Below are positions 25,501 through 40,500 of a stretch of DNA of 64,000 nucleotides, in pieces. The position numbers and the translations under genes were made by a program. The notes under the pieces were generated by a model. The model ran no database searches. It saw only the letters and a list, made by a program, of their open reading frames with translations, and was not told where the DNA came from. Origin of the DNA: Callorhinchus milii (Eukaryota). The stretch covers positions 98,706,001-98,770,000 of the forward strand of contig NW_024704742.1 in NCBI RefSeq assembly GCF_018977255.1, given 5' to 3'. Numbering within the stretch: the first letter of the stretch is position 1; every line of letters starts with the position of its first letter.

Positions 25501-28500
25501 TTGCCTGGCTCAGAAATAGGACTCCCGAGTTAGAGGATGGACTCAATGCTGACATTCCGTTGCTAAGCATGTCCCTTTGGAGTCAGCTCAGCTCCAAGGG
25601 AACCTCACTTACCTTGCCCCCAAGGTTAGTCAGTAGTTGGTCATTCGTCATTCAACAAGCACAGGTTTGAGCCCTCATATGTTACATTTTTCACCACATT
25701 GAATCACAACTGTAATGGAAATTGGTTTAGTTAGTGTTTTTGTCATTGTGCAGCAATACGTTTTATGCCTGAAGTTAATTCAAAGTGGGCAGTAATCCAG
25801 TAATCAGACAAGAATAACCTTGTACCAAAATAGTGATACTGATATATCAATACAGCAAAGAGAATGCTTTCACCTGATGATACATGATACCTTTGGTTAA
25901 TTTTACAGACTGAAAACCTGGAAGCATTTTCCCAAAACCTAGACCTACTGCACACTTTAGGTAAGTACCGATTGCTAGGAAAGCACACAAATAGACAATA
26001 TTTTTTTTGTGGCCCCACAAAAAAAGTCACCATACTTGACAATAATTATTATCAATACTAATTATTATTATTATTGTAAAGCGTCTTGATGAATAAGGTG
26101 GTAAAATCTTCTATACTGACTATGTCCCATTCCTTTACCACTCCTCTGCTCACACCCTGTCTTTTTACCTTTCTCCTTTTCTCAACCGGTTCAGGCCTTC
26201 TGCATGTCCCCCGACCTCTCAGCTCCACCATCGGTGACTGTGCCTTCAGCCACTACACCCCAAACCTATGGAATTTCCTGATGCGATTCCTCCGCCAGGC
26301 TCCCTTTTTACTTCCCTCTCTCCCCGGCTCGACATCAAACTCTGCCTCTGTTCAGCGCTCCAAAACACAAGACTGCAGGAGGAGCACTCTATAAATGCAA
26401 CAACAACAACTTGCACTTATATAGCGCCCTCCATGCAGGGTAGCATCTCAGAGCACTTCGATGCAAGTTGCTGTTGTTGACTACATTCTAAGTTTTATAT
26501 TGTAAAAACTGATCAGTGACTATTCCAAGAAAATTAGTGTGTTTACTGTATCTGACAAATTTCTATTGATACAGATTCTGGGTGAAAAACAAAACTATCA
26601 TTTTGTATTTCAAAATGCTTTTTTTTATAAATCCTACTTATAGACGTAACAATTTTATACACTACGGGGAGTTTGAGGTTATCTGTAACTGGGAATAGGT
26701 GAGGAATAGGTTTCAGCACCTTGGGACGTCCTTTCGACATGAAAGGTGCAATATAAATGTAATTTGCTATTGTTATTGGAATCAGGAAAGAAACCTATAA
26801 GATCTAGAATATGGCCCAGAAGCAGCTATGCATCTCACTGACCCCTCTGTATATTCCTTAGGACTCACTTTTGTTAATTTATTATGATAATTTTACTTAA
26901 AAATAATATGGTCCTTGCATATTATTGCCCTAGCCCTTAATGAGCTACAAATGCTGAGAGCAGAGTTGGAAAGAGTACAGGATATGCTAAAACCCCAACG
27001 AGATATTACCATAGACAGCCAAGAGAAGAACATTCTACAAGTGGCCTCAGGAACCAAACTATTGGATGCTCCAGATACAGAGGAGCAGCAGATCTGTTCC
27101 CAGGAGGTAAAAGAACAGGAAGAAAGCACAAAGGTAAATCAAACTAATACTTCTTCCGTTAGTTAATTCATGGAGGAATCATGGGGTGCAAAACTATGAT
27201 GAATAAATCTCATTTCATCTCAGTTGCTGATCTAATGCCTAAAGCACAGTCCCATGTGCATTCCCTGTAATCGAAAAATGAAATTTAAAATATCATCTGC
27301 TCCTGTTAAGATATAAATAAGTGAAAGAGGTGCATCACTATAGCTGCATTCCATAAAAATCCTGTCAAAAAAACAATGCAGCATGTGAACATTTTCACTT
27401 TCATAATAATAAACCTTGGAATTGATACAGTGTCTATAATGTTGAAACATTTCAGTGTTTCACAGGGAATTGTTATAAGGTACAGAACTGTATGTTTGTA
27501 GGAGAACGCAGCAGCAAATTTGCACACGTCCCTTAAAGTTTTTCTTTTGCTCAGAGAGTAATTAATGACTGGAACAGGTGCCAGGAAGCAGCTTAATGCT
27601 GTGATGGGGAAGGGCAACGGAGTGGGTGTTCTGGAAGGATGAGATCGGATGGGCCGAAGGGCCTTCTTCATCCAAACCAATCTTGCAATCTTGTGAAGTG
27701 AATGGACAATTGTTTTGGGAGGATTGTCGACCCAATGGAGTGGAATATTAGATACATCACATCACCACCAATTACAATACAATTATATAGAGTCTTTCAC
27801 ATCAGGAAGATGTCTCAAAACACTTGAACATGCTGGAAGAGAACCCGAAGTAGGGGTGGGAACTGAGAAAGGTGGGAGGGGAAATTGACTGAAAAGAGCT
27901 ATGTCTTGAATGATAGGAGGGAAGAAGGGAAGGATTGAGTAGGAGAGACTCTGGGATGGTGTTCAAGAGAACGGTGCCCAAAATGGCTGAAAGCCCACAC
28001 ACTGATGGTGGGGAGGATCAGATGGGGGCCATAAAGTAGACCAGTGTTTGCTGAAATACAGTCACTACATTTCACAGTAAAACTGCTGTGAAGTACTTTG
28101 ATACATTTTGTTCACATGATAAGCCACTATATCAAATCAAAGGATTATTATTATCATTGTTTTTAATTCCATAATTTGAATATTAATCAATGATTTATTA
28201 CTCGTCACAAGGAAACAAACTGATCTTCAGATTGAAGAGCCATTAATTACAGAGTTGTTAGAAATTTTAAACCCAAGTGAGTTTCAGAACCATTAAATAT
28301 GCTTCCTGTAAATTAATAATGCATTTTTCTTCCATTCCCTCCCTTTCTCTTCAATTGTTTTTCTTTGTACAAGAGACTTTTCAACATGTGGTACGTTGTC
28401 AACACATCATTTATGCTGCTACATCACTACTTTCAAACAATTCCTCTACCCTCAAGCCATTACTTTGCCCTAATTCTTCTTCACCTCATCTGATTATTTC

Positions 28501-31500
28501 TAGCACTATTGCAGAGTCCTGTAGTGTAGTGGTTTGAACACTTGCCTCGCAAGCAAGAGTGCCTGGGTTTGATTCCCAGGCAGGGCAAAACATAAGGCAA
28601 GTTTCCTTACTCCACATGCCATTATTTACCAAACAAAAGTAGGAACCAGGTTGTTATTGATTGGCAGATCACTTTTCTAGGGGTAATAAAAAAATTAAAA
28701 ATAAATGTAAAAATATATTAATTTGGACATCAATCCACAATTGTTTGTGGACCACTGTTGTGCACAATTGGCTGCCATGTTTCACCCACAAATATACAGT
28801 CAATTCACTTTAGTGTGTTCTGTGAAGCGCTTTGGGACGTCCTCCCGACGTGAAAAGCGCTATATCAAATGCAAAGATTGTTATTATTATTATTCTGTGA
28901 AGCGCTTTGAGACATCTCAAAGACGTGATAAAGCGCTGTTCCAAATGCAAGGATTATTATTATTATCCTAAGAGTCTCTCACTGACATTTCCCATTATTC
29001 TGATGGTTTAATCTTCAAAGTGTTATGTCACCATGTCATTCAGGCTGAACAGGCAGAAGCTCAGAAGAGTTTTATGATGTCCCTCAGTCAAAAGACGCAT
29101 GTAACAGGAAATCCAGTGCTTGTGACCAAGGAGACAAATAGAGAAGAAGCCCAGGGCAGGCTGGAAAAGTTGAAAAGGAAACTGAGTAAAAAGGAAGAAG
29201 AAATTATTGCGCTTTTAAAGAATAAAAAGAAACTAGAAAATGGAGCTGAAGGATGGACAAAGCAACAAATTGTCCATGCTGACAACATGGTTTTGCTGAA
29301 GAAACTTTTAGAGAAGGTGAACATCTTAAAACTCTATAATTCAGCATCTTTAATGCTTGAGTGGAGATGTGTGCTCATTCGATTATTTTCACAGGACTAT
29401 CTGGGGAATATCAGAATGATGATTTATACATTGATATTTCATAGGTCGGATTTTTAATTCTCATTTCCTGGCTGCCACTTCCGTAAAAAATGAAAAATAA
29501 TAAAGTAGGTCAACCAGTAGGGAGATTTTTGTATGTAATATAATTTAGACAAACATTATTTGGGCGTAATTAATTAATCTAAGTCTTAATAAAGAATCTG
29601 AGTAGTGCAAATAGAGATTCCTGTGTTAGCCACTCCACCCCAACACAAGTGGAGTCCTGTAGCTCAGTGGTTAGAGCACTCGCTTTGCAATTCAATTCCA
29701 GGCAGGGTGAAACCTTAGGCAAGTTTCCTTACTCCACACGCCTAATAATAATCCCTCCAAAACCCAGAACAATAATAAATTGGCCATTTTCAATCTTCAG
29801 TCTGTGGGACATTGCTGTGCGCAATTGGCTGCCGTGTTCGCCCACAAATATACAGTCAATTCACTTTACAGTGTGTTCTGTGAAGCGCTTTGGGACATCC
29901 TCCCGACGTGAAAAGCGCTATATCAAGTGCAAGGATTTTAAAAAAATCTTATCCCTACAGGTAGATTGGAAATCTAACAGGAGTAATCCTTATTGAGGAA
30001 TGCCAATGAATGCCAATACTGCAAATTGGATCCATTTTACAAATTGTAGACATGAAATGGTCACCTTTCAAGATTTTTGAAATGCTGCTTCAATGAAAGG
30101 TGTTTGCACTGTATATCATTATAATTATATATGTTAAACATACAGGTCTTCTGAATGTAAAGTGAAGTGAACTACTTTATTTTGAACTAAGCAAGGAATT
30201 TATCAAGTACGTGGACTCTTAGATGAAAGGTAGCTGTATATTTCGTACATCAAGAGTAGATGGGCATATTGATGGCATCTCAGTTTGTGCCTGAGACATC
30301 TGCCAAAAAAATAGTATGTGAACTTATTCTTATTGGGAATTGCTGACACGTTGACTGATACAACAACGGGTACAATTTATACAATTCATTGGAATGCTCC
30401 AGTATCATGCTCCAAGTCTGGTTGGTTTTGTTCACGTTCACTCCCTAGACTGACTGACAGATGATGAACGGTCACTTGGACAAAGTATCCAATATATCAG
30501 CATGAGCCTTCAGAGAAAGAACCAAACGGGGAAATGAAAAATTGACTTTGTCTATTTTATTCCAGCTCCATTCTATGTACAGTGAGGTTCCAGAGGCACA
30601 GCAATTTGTTGACTATCTCTTAGAAGAAAGTCATGGGAAAGTGATGGCAGCCAAAGTAATTTTGAATGATGTGATAAACAGCGAAACAGAAACCAATGGG
30701 AAAACACCTACAAATTCTAGCAGGTACAAAATAACAATCTCTCAAAAGAAACAGTTTTTTTCCTTATTCTGTCTAGGGAATCTCTTATTACACATACAGC
30801 ATTAGGTAAAAGATCCAATTTATCTCCTTAATTTCTTGGCTCAATAGCTGGAAATACTGACATCTCCTGGCACTAATTAGAACTACAACAATGTCAGATG
30901 CCGTCAGCGCATAAGTCATTTGTATACACACCCACTTAACAGAGAGGATAACTTCAGTACTCTCAACATAATATATTAATATTTTATTATAATACCTAAA
31001 TACAATAATAATTATATTCAATATTAGGTATATGTTTTATATCTGCAATAAACATGTTAGTATTTAATGTATCTTATACCTAATATTGTATTCTCCTGTA
31101 AAGATTTCTTTACAGTCATTGAAATGCAGAATACAACAACAACAAAATTACATTTGTATAAAGTCTTTCACATTGGAAGGATGTTCCAAGGTGCTGGATA
31201 ATCAGTTGGGGTCGGGATTGGGCGGGGGGGAAGGAGAGTGATCGAAGGCACGTTTGAAGAGGAGGCTTGAGACTGTTCTCGAAGGAGGTAAGGGAGGGGG
31301 CGAGGTGGAGGAACTGCGGGATGGAGTTCAGAGGGTGGGGGCATAGTGGCTGAAAGCCCACCCGCCAATGGTGGGGCGGGCGAGGCTGGGGATGTGACCA
31401 GGCCGGAAACCACTAAGAGGAGGGAGCGGGCAGGTTGGTGGGGGTAAGGAAGTCACAGAGGTATGGGGAAGCGAGGCCATGGAGGGCTTTGAAGGTGAGG

Positions 31501-34500
31501 ACCAGGATCTTGAACAAATTCTTGAACAGTTCCTCTGTGTGATGGGAAGTCAGTGGAGTCGGGCGAGGATGGTGGTGATAGGATCACAGAGCCTGGTGAA
31601 GGAAAGGACACCGACTGCAGAGTTCTGGATGATCTGCAGCATATGGGGGGAGAAATTGGGGAGACTGGCAAGCAGGGAGTTTGCGTAGTCGAGCCTGGAT
31701 GTTATGAATACGTGTATGAGGGGCTTGGCGGCCTGCGGTGTGAGATAGTGGCGGAGCCGAGCAATATTGCGGAGGTGGGGAAAGGTGGAGCGAGTCATGG
31801 CACAGATGTGGGGTATGAAGAACAGTTGAGGGTCGAACAGAACACCGAGGATCCGTATTGGCTCCGTGAGATGTCGAGTGCATCCATGGAAGGAGATGTT
31901 GTCAGTTCCCAAATAGCATCCTTTAAAATGTTTATCACACAGTACAATACAATTGTATATAACACCTTTCATATTGGGTGTACATCCCAAACTGGATGGT
32001 AAATCCTAAGGTGCTTTTAGTTAAATAGAGAACTAATGTTTCATTTTTTTAGAAAGTTGGAAAGTTTGAGCTTCAAATTAGGATACAATTTGTACTTAAA
32101 CTAGCACCAAACACTTTCACAGAAGAGAATTCCTGTGCAAACTGTTTCCCATCAATCAAATTCCCCAGGTATTTTTGCAAGGCTATTCTAACAGCCCCAT
32201 TCCTGTCAATCACCATTCTTGCCAAAAAATTAATAATAATAGTAATAATTTGGTCACTCAATCCATGATTGTTTGTGGGACTGCTGGGCGCAATTGGGTG
32301 CCATTGTTTCGCCCACAAAATTTACAGTCAATTGACCTAAAGTATATTCTATGAAGCGCTTTGAGATGACTCGAAGACATGGTAAGGTGGTATATCAAAT
32401 GCAATAATAATTATTCTTATAATCTTTCACTTCGCTGCTGTCGGTACTTCAGTGACGGAATTGGCTGAACTGTTTTGCAGGGATCGGATTCCAGCGGATC
32501 TTTACAAAAGTCTGGAAGAGGCTAAGACAGATCTTTGGGAAGCAGAAAGAATTCTCAAGACTCTTGGCAACATTAGGTCTGGGTGTAACCGTCAGACACT
32601 TGGCATTGATCACCTACATCCTAGGAGCACAGGTCAGTCAGGGAGGTGCATTGAGATGCCACAATATGATAAAGCTTATTTCAAAGCCTTTATGCAAATT
32701 TTCTTTAAATAATTGTTTTTTAGTAATGCCTTCCCTCCTATTATTTACAGACTTTTAAAACCTAAGCATGGCATCACCTAATCACTTCTTACTTATCTCA
32801 TTTTCTTTGCTACTCTTTGATGGTGTCTGGTATTATGGGCCTTGGCCCCATACCTAGGACTTGCATTGTTTTTTGGAAATGTTCTCTATTATAATCCCCC
32901 CCATCCTCTTCAGCTCCTCACACCCAGCTTGTGTGCCTAGACAGCTGCGTAAAGTGCTTTGAAAAGTCCTTGTGTAGTGAAACTATTACTACTACTGCAC
33001 ATGATCGGTGTGGGTCACTGCACAACAACCGATCACGAACAGTGTCCCAGCGTCCTGAGGCTCAAGGCCTAAGTTGTTCCTGAATTGTCTCACTGGAGTA
33101 TATCATGGATGTCCACGATACCAGCTCCGGGTATAGTCTCAAGCCATGTTACGTCTGAACAGCAAGTCTGTGAGCCCAGTGCGCAGGTGACTATCTGTCC
33201 ATGTGACGGACATGTCTGAAGAGTAAATGAAGTCTCCATGTCATGTTGCTGTACACATCTGATAAACTGGCCTGAGATGACACTGCGTTGTCATAACATG
33301 ATTGTCAGTTGAACCAATGTATTCCAAGAATCCGGCACAGGCACTGTATGTGGAATGTTTGAAGCATGTCCGAGACTCTATTAAGCAGCGATCGTGTATC
33401 CGAGACGTATAGTCACACCGGCATCACGTCAACCCTGTAAATGCACAGCTTTGTAACCAGGGACAGGCTTTGCTGCCTCCAGACCCTATCTAGTGTGTAA
33501 AGTGCTATATAAATAAATGTATATTGTATTGTTCTCACAAGATCACAAATGAGACTCAGGTGAAGAAGTGTCCTTTAGCCCATTCAATCTCACTTTCCAG
33601 ATTACCAATCCTAAATTTCAAAATTCCATTTCACTTAGTCTTACTCTGTGAAACCATTTCACCTTCAAATTTCAGTTTGCACTGGAAAAATCTTAAATTC
33701 TGATCTTAATTTTAAAAACTTTGGACGACTGGCATCTAAATTAAGTTTGATTTGAAGAATTTTCTACAATGTTGCTCAATCTTACATTTCAATACAAGAA
33801 TAGCTAAGACTGAATGAATTTTCAGAACTTGACTGACTTCAATCATTGTAGTAGAAAAATAAATCTTAAATTTGTTTTAATTGATCTTAAAAGTTCCAAA
33901 TCCGCGTCCTCGCCTTCAAGGCTCTCAACGACTTTGCTCCTTCATATCTCTGTGACCTGCTAACCCCATATCAAGCTGCCCGCTCCCTCTACTCAGCAGG
34001 CTCCAGCTTCCTCCACATTCCCTGCCCGGCCCTCCCCACCATTGGCGGCCTAGCCTTCAGCCTCTCTGGCCCCACCCTTTGGAACTCCATCCCACAGTCC
34101 CTTCACCTTGCTCCCTCCCTCGCCTCTTTCAAGGTACATCTCAAGTCCCTCCCAACCCTGCCCTCCCTGCCCTCCACCCCTCCTGATCCCGACTCCCGCT
34201 CAGATCCACATCTCTGACTGTCCAGCACCTTGGGACATCCTCCCAACATGAAAGCCACAATACAAATGTCATTTGTTGTGCTAAAAGTAGCTGAAAATAC
34301 TTTTGTTTTATTATTCCTGTTAACTCAACAAGAACCCAGGAACCTCATTGTCGCTAAAAGATTTGAATCTGTCCTTATGACAGGTTTAAGCAAAACCCAG
34401 GAGGCAGAAATGAAGTTTAATCCGGGACGGGAGGAAATGATTCAATCCTTTATTGTTCCTACCAGCAACACAAATGGACAGGTTAGAAACTCCTATTGTG

Positions 34501-37500
34501 TATTTATCGTAATTGAATTACAGTTAATGGATTGCAACACAGAAAACTTTCATTTAATCAATGCTGGTAATAGCTCCTCCAATGGAGCTATAGAGACTTC
34601 TATGAATTTCTTGCACTTTTACCATTCCCTCTTACATTGCTTCTCTTGAAATGCTGCCTTTAAATATTTTTATGGACTTCAGTAGCAATTTGAATCAAAA
34701 CATTCAATTGCACTCTGCAGATCCATCTAGAGCTTTTAAAAATTGAGGGGTTTGTTCTGGGTGCAGCTTTAATGCACAACCTTCTGACCCAGAGATAGTT
34801 GTGCCACCATATGAGTCAAGCTGACATTATAAATAATCGAAGATTAAGAGGGGTCAGTCATAGATACATTCAGGTCAATCACTTTTTATACATAAAGTAG
34901 GAGGTGAGGTCCACAAATCAGTCAATTCATCAAGGACCTCCTCACCACACACACACACATCTGACAATATCTGACAGAGTCAGGATGTCACTGAGCATCT
35001 TTGCAATAATAATGAATCTAGAGATGAATGAGTGTTGTTTGTTTGTGTTTGTAAAAGGAAAATGAAACGTTACGTGATACTGAAAAGAAGAATGAAAGCA
35101 CAGTCCGTGTCTTGCAGCAAGAACTTGATGCCTTGAAGAAAGAACATAATGTAAGGACAGGAGCTGGAGGTGCAGTGTAACACTTGTCACATTGGACCAG
35201 TGATCAAATTGCGATTTGCTTCTTCTTTACTCCATCATTAGTCTTTCCCACTCTTCTGATATGTAACTGTCATAAGCACCATAATTCTAATGGGATTCTT
35301 TCCTGAGGTATCTTTCAGATAAACGTATCTAATGATGGGATTGGTGATGAGATAATGCAATTGAATCAGCAACACGTTAACAACTTCAGGCGGGATCAGA
35401 TACTCAAATCATCTGATGCATCCCATTTCCCACAAGTTTCCCTTCAATGTATCTGTCTCTGTTTACCTAGCAGTATGTAGGAACCCAGTTATTAGTCAAT
35501 TGGCGTTTTTTCCGTGGGTAATAATCCCTTCAAAATAAATGAAAAGTAAAATAATAATAATTTAGTCACTCAATCCACGACTGTTTGTGGGACACTGCTG
35601 TGTGCAATTGGCTGCGGCGTTTCGCCCATAAAATATACAGTCAATTCAATTTACAGTATATTCTGTGAGGTGCTTTGAAGTGTCTCAAAGACATGATAAG
35701 GCACTATATCAAATGTAAGGATTATTATTATAATACCCACCTTCCCGTCTTGGTGCAACCTAAATTATTGCTCTGGGTTTACTAAAATTCCCTGCAGGCG
35801 GCCCTTTTCTTTTATGAGGCATCTTTTACAGTACGGTTTTCCCAACAAGAACTTTTTCCACCTCAGAGAGATTAAGAGAGCTATCATTAAATCCCTCCAT
35901 GGTCTTGTTCCACCTGACTTCTGCAACCTTCTCAAACCTTACAAGCCCAACTGCTCTGTCCGCTGACGGGCACCAGCCTGCTTCACGTGCCCGGCCAAAG
36001 CGGTCCCACCCTGGAGGTCAGGCTTTCAGCCTACCTGTCCCCACTCTCTGAAACTCCATCCCAAGGTCCCTAAAAATTGCAGCTTCCCTCATCTCCAAGG
36101 TCCACCTCCAGATCTTTCTCTTTGATCTCTTGTTTAAATATATGTTTTAAAAAAATGTTTAGTTCAGCAGCACTTTGTGAAGAATTTTCTTTGAAATCAT
36201 AATTTCTCTTTTTCGCTGGAATTAGAGACTGAAGGAGGCGTTAACTAAAAGTGACCCAGAGCTCCAGAAGGTGAGATTAGCTTCACCAGCACAGAGAAGT
36301 GCTGCTGACAAACTCCTGGCATTGCAGACTGAGGTAGGTACATATATTCTCAGTTGCTCTGCGACAATGAATGAAACCACACTGAACAGTAATAATAATC
36401 CTTACGTTCAATATAGCATTTTTCTTGCCAAGAGGACATCTCAAAGTGCTTCACATGATTTACTGTAAAATGCATTTAAACGTATTTTATAGAATCATAG
36501 AATCTTACAGCATTGAAGGAGGCCATTCGGTGCATCATACCTGTGGCGAATCTTTTAAAGAGCTTCCAACTAGTTCTACTCCCAAATTCCTTCCCCATAG
36601 ACTTGCAATTTTTTTTCAAGTAAATATCCACTGTGTATTTTGTAGGTGAATAGTGATCAGTAATAATAATAGTCTTAGCATTTGACATAGAGATTTTCAC
36701 ATTGGAAGGACGACTCAAAACGCTTCACAAGATTTTACTGTGCATTATCCTTTGAATTCACAGTACACTACATCCAACGGATTACACAGTCACCTCCTTT
36801 GTTGCGGTTCCATCCTGATGTGATAAAGCAAGAGATTTTTGAAAATATTAACTGTGTGTGTCGGGAGGGGGAGGCTTTGAAATTGCATCATTCGCAATTG
36901 CATCTGCAGAAACTCCACTTTCAGCAATCTCCTTTTGAGCATGTTGGAGCTCACTTTCTGAGGGTTAGAGTAATTGAATTACAGGCAAGATTCAATATTT
37001 ATTATCTTTTTGCCTTAGTTTAATTCTCTCAAAGCATAGCAAGGAGAAGTATGACTGGAAATATCTTTGTGAAGTGGCTCAGTGTTTTATGCTACACGAA
37101 TGGTGTGGAGATTCCTCCTCAGATATACATTCCACTTGCACCTTGTGGTATCTTCCACTCCTCACACCCACTGTCCAAACTCTCTTCTGAGGACCAAGCA
37201 GTGAAGGGTGAAGGGCACTCTGGTCCTGCTCGTCTCTCTTCAAGGACAGCAAGTTACCAATGCAGATCAAGCTTGTGCTTATAAGACCTGCATTCAAACA
37301 GTCCTCCTTTGTTGATAAATTTATTGCCAATTGGCTACCGCATTTCACTCACAAAATACACTGTCGATTCAATGTACAGCAAATCCTGTGAAGCGCTTTG
37401 AGACATTTTGAAAACATAAGGCATTATATCAAATACAAGGATTATGCTTTATTATTATTGATGGATCTGAGCTGTCGGGGGTACAAATGAAAGCTTCCTC

Positions 37501-40500
37501 CAGCCCATTTGCAAAGTCCAGGATCAAGCAGTGGATTTGTGGCAAACACAGGAAGCATCTGCAGGGAGGGAGGGCTCCTGTTGCTAAGCACCCTGGAGGC
37601 AGAGGCGGCTTCACAGTGTGCATGTCTATTGCCAAAGCCCCTCGTATGAGGACCTGGATTAAGCAGGTGGTGCTGAGTAAGCCTGGTAAATGGGATTGGA
37701 CTTGGACCTTGAGAACATCAAGGTGGCTGGCATGTTGCAAGCTGTCCCGTTAAAGTGCCCCCACCAGGTTCAAGGCAGATGTGTGTCAGATAGCTGATGA
37801 GCAAACTCTGAAGCTTGTGGTGACAGCTGCTGGAAGGCGTTACCCAGATTCCAGGCAATGATGGCAATGCTCTCACGCAGTTCATGCTGAGCTGTGCTGC
37901 TCCTCAGGAAGCTCAAATGGAGTTCCTGTTATCTACCATCCACCTACTGAGGACTCAAACACATACTTGTTGGATGTTAAATGATCAATTAATGAGTAGC
38001 TCCCTGGGGGAGAGGTAAGCAGGTCTCCTTGGGGCTGAACTACCAATGGAATATCAGAATCGAGACAGCCCTCTGTGGATAATCCAGTTTCTGGGCTAAG
38101 TGGGTCCGCAGTACGCCAGGGCAATGCTGATGATAACCCAGTTAGCCTGCCTGATCAGCAGGATTGGGGAGGACAGACTAGTCACTCGAGCAAGGATACT
38201 TCCTATTAACCCTGTAAGCCAAAGCTGTAGCTGAACAAGCAGCGGGAATGCTTGCTAGACAGTGCTCTCAATGGTAAGCTATGCGGTTTTAGCTGGTTTG
38301 ACTCCAGCAGTATCCCAATGGACATTCTGGGGTCTCCAAGCCTTGGCTATTGCCAACCTGAGTCTAATAATCTCTGGAATAAGGTAAAAAGAATGCATTC
38401 TTCCAGCCAGTGAGTGTATATTCCATTCCAATAAATATCTCTGGAATTTCCATTAGGAAGGGTGAGATACATGGAACTCTCAATTTGTTTGTTATCCTCT
38501 TAAGCATTGGTTTCCACAATTGTCAGATACCCAGCTGACCGAAAAAGAAGCATGATGAATGTTTCAGCTCTCTGACTATGGAGTTTATGATATAAGTTGG
38601 ATCTAGTCACTGAGAAGCCGATGAGAAATCCATGAAGATATAATGATGATGATAATAATAACCTTTGCATGTGATATAGTGCCTTATCACATCTCCGAAA
38701 TCACCGGAAATACTGTAAAGTGATGTGAATGTGTGTATTTTGTGGGTGAATATACATATTTAAAGCAAGGTTGGATCAATATCACCATCATACAGTATCT
38801 CCTGTATCTCCAGGAGGAAACCAATATAAGGATAGCAACCCAAATTAGGTTTGAAAAGCACACAAGCACAGTATGTTTCCTACTCACAGTCTCTGAGAAA
38901 AGACATTTTAAAAATGTATCACAGAAGAAAAGCAATTTTAACACAGGAAAAAGACCTCAAACATGTCTTTTCCCTCCCCCGTCACTATCACTCCCCATCG
39001 CTATTAGTATATTAAATTAATCATCACACTTTAACTTGTTTTAAGTAAGTAAAACATATTTGAAGCGCTACCCCGTGTGAAGAGCATTATATAAATGCAA
39101 GTTGTTTTTGTTGAACTTTATTTTTTCCCTGAGAAGCTGAAGCAGCTGAAAATGGAAAACAAGAATCTGGTGGAGAACTTCAATTCAGAGAGGACACTGA
39201 GAAAAAAATATTACAATATGGTGGAGGAGTTGAAAGGTAGGAATCCACAGAGAATAGGATTTAAAGAAGGAATCCCATTCTGAGTTAGGAACGAAAAGTT
39301 TGTTAGCAATGGTGAACAACTTGTTTTAGACCCAGACAGGAAATATTGGGCATGTTTACTTTGAAGAACTGCAACCTCATTAAATCACAGAATCAAGAAA
39401 TTGCAGTATAGTATAGACATGAAGCCTAAGGTCTATTTGCAATGGCCTGCTCTTTGCCTTCCATACCGTTCCACTTAAAATATTTATTCAATTGCCTTTT
39501 AAATATTATTGTGTAGTTTAGTGTTTAGAGCACTTGCCTCGCAAGTAAAAGGACCTGGGTTCGATTCGCAGGCAGGGCAAAATGTTGGGCAAGTTTCTTT
39601 ACTCCATATGCCTCTGTTTACCTAGCAGTGAGTAGGAACCGGGTTGTTAGTCGATTGGTGGATTGCTTTTCCAGGAATAAGAGTCTCTTCAAAAATAAAT
39701 AAATAAATAATAATAATAATTTGGTCACTCAATCCATGACTGTTTGTGGGGCACTGCTGTGTGCAATTGACTGCTGCATTTCATCCACAAAATACAGTCA
39801 ATTCACTTTATATTATATTCTATGAAGAGCTTTGAGATGTCTCGAAGATGTGATAAGGCACTATATCGAATGCAAGGATTATTATTATTATCTTCATGTC
39901 GCGCCGGAAAGTCCTTTCTCTTCGACCATGTTTACGGTTCCTCCCCACTCCCACCAACTCGGTATCGCGCCCCACCATTGTCAAGCACTCTAGGATGCTA
40001 CCTGAGTGAAAGGCATTGTACAAGTGCATGTTGTTGTTGACAAAACATTCCACCTTCTAACAACCCCCGTACGTGAAAATGATCCTTCTAACCTCCCCTT
40101 TAATTCTTCTAGTGGACATGAATTCATGCCTCGTTGTTACCAATTTATCAATAGTCTTGAAATTTTCTCGAAACCTTCTCGAAATTTTTAAGAATTTGAA
40201 AACCATAATCAGATCCACACATTGCTAAGCAAATGCTTTAGAATCATGGAAATATAGAGAGCCCACTTTTCAAGTTTTCACTACCATTTTATGCAAATGT
40301 CACAAGGGAACATTTGCACAAAACACGTTTGCAATTAAGGAAAGGACAAAAACTGTGCTTAATTGTGCTGAAAATATTTCTCATTCTTTACTGTGCAGGA
40401 AAAATCCGTGTTTTCTGTCGAATACGACCTTTGAGTAAATCCGAGATAGCCCGGGGAAGCCAGTGTGTGGTCCACTCACCTGACGAATACACTGTGGCCA

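Noticed and set aside
35319..35440. Possible extra kinesin exon ([19 protein letters not shown]...)
   Set aside because: Good acceptor but no convincing donor, and not needed for phase; left unresolved.
36799..37023. 74-aa ORF inside a kinesin intron
   Set aside because: Weak splice signals, and the flanking exons join naturally (ALQTE-KLKQLK).
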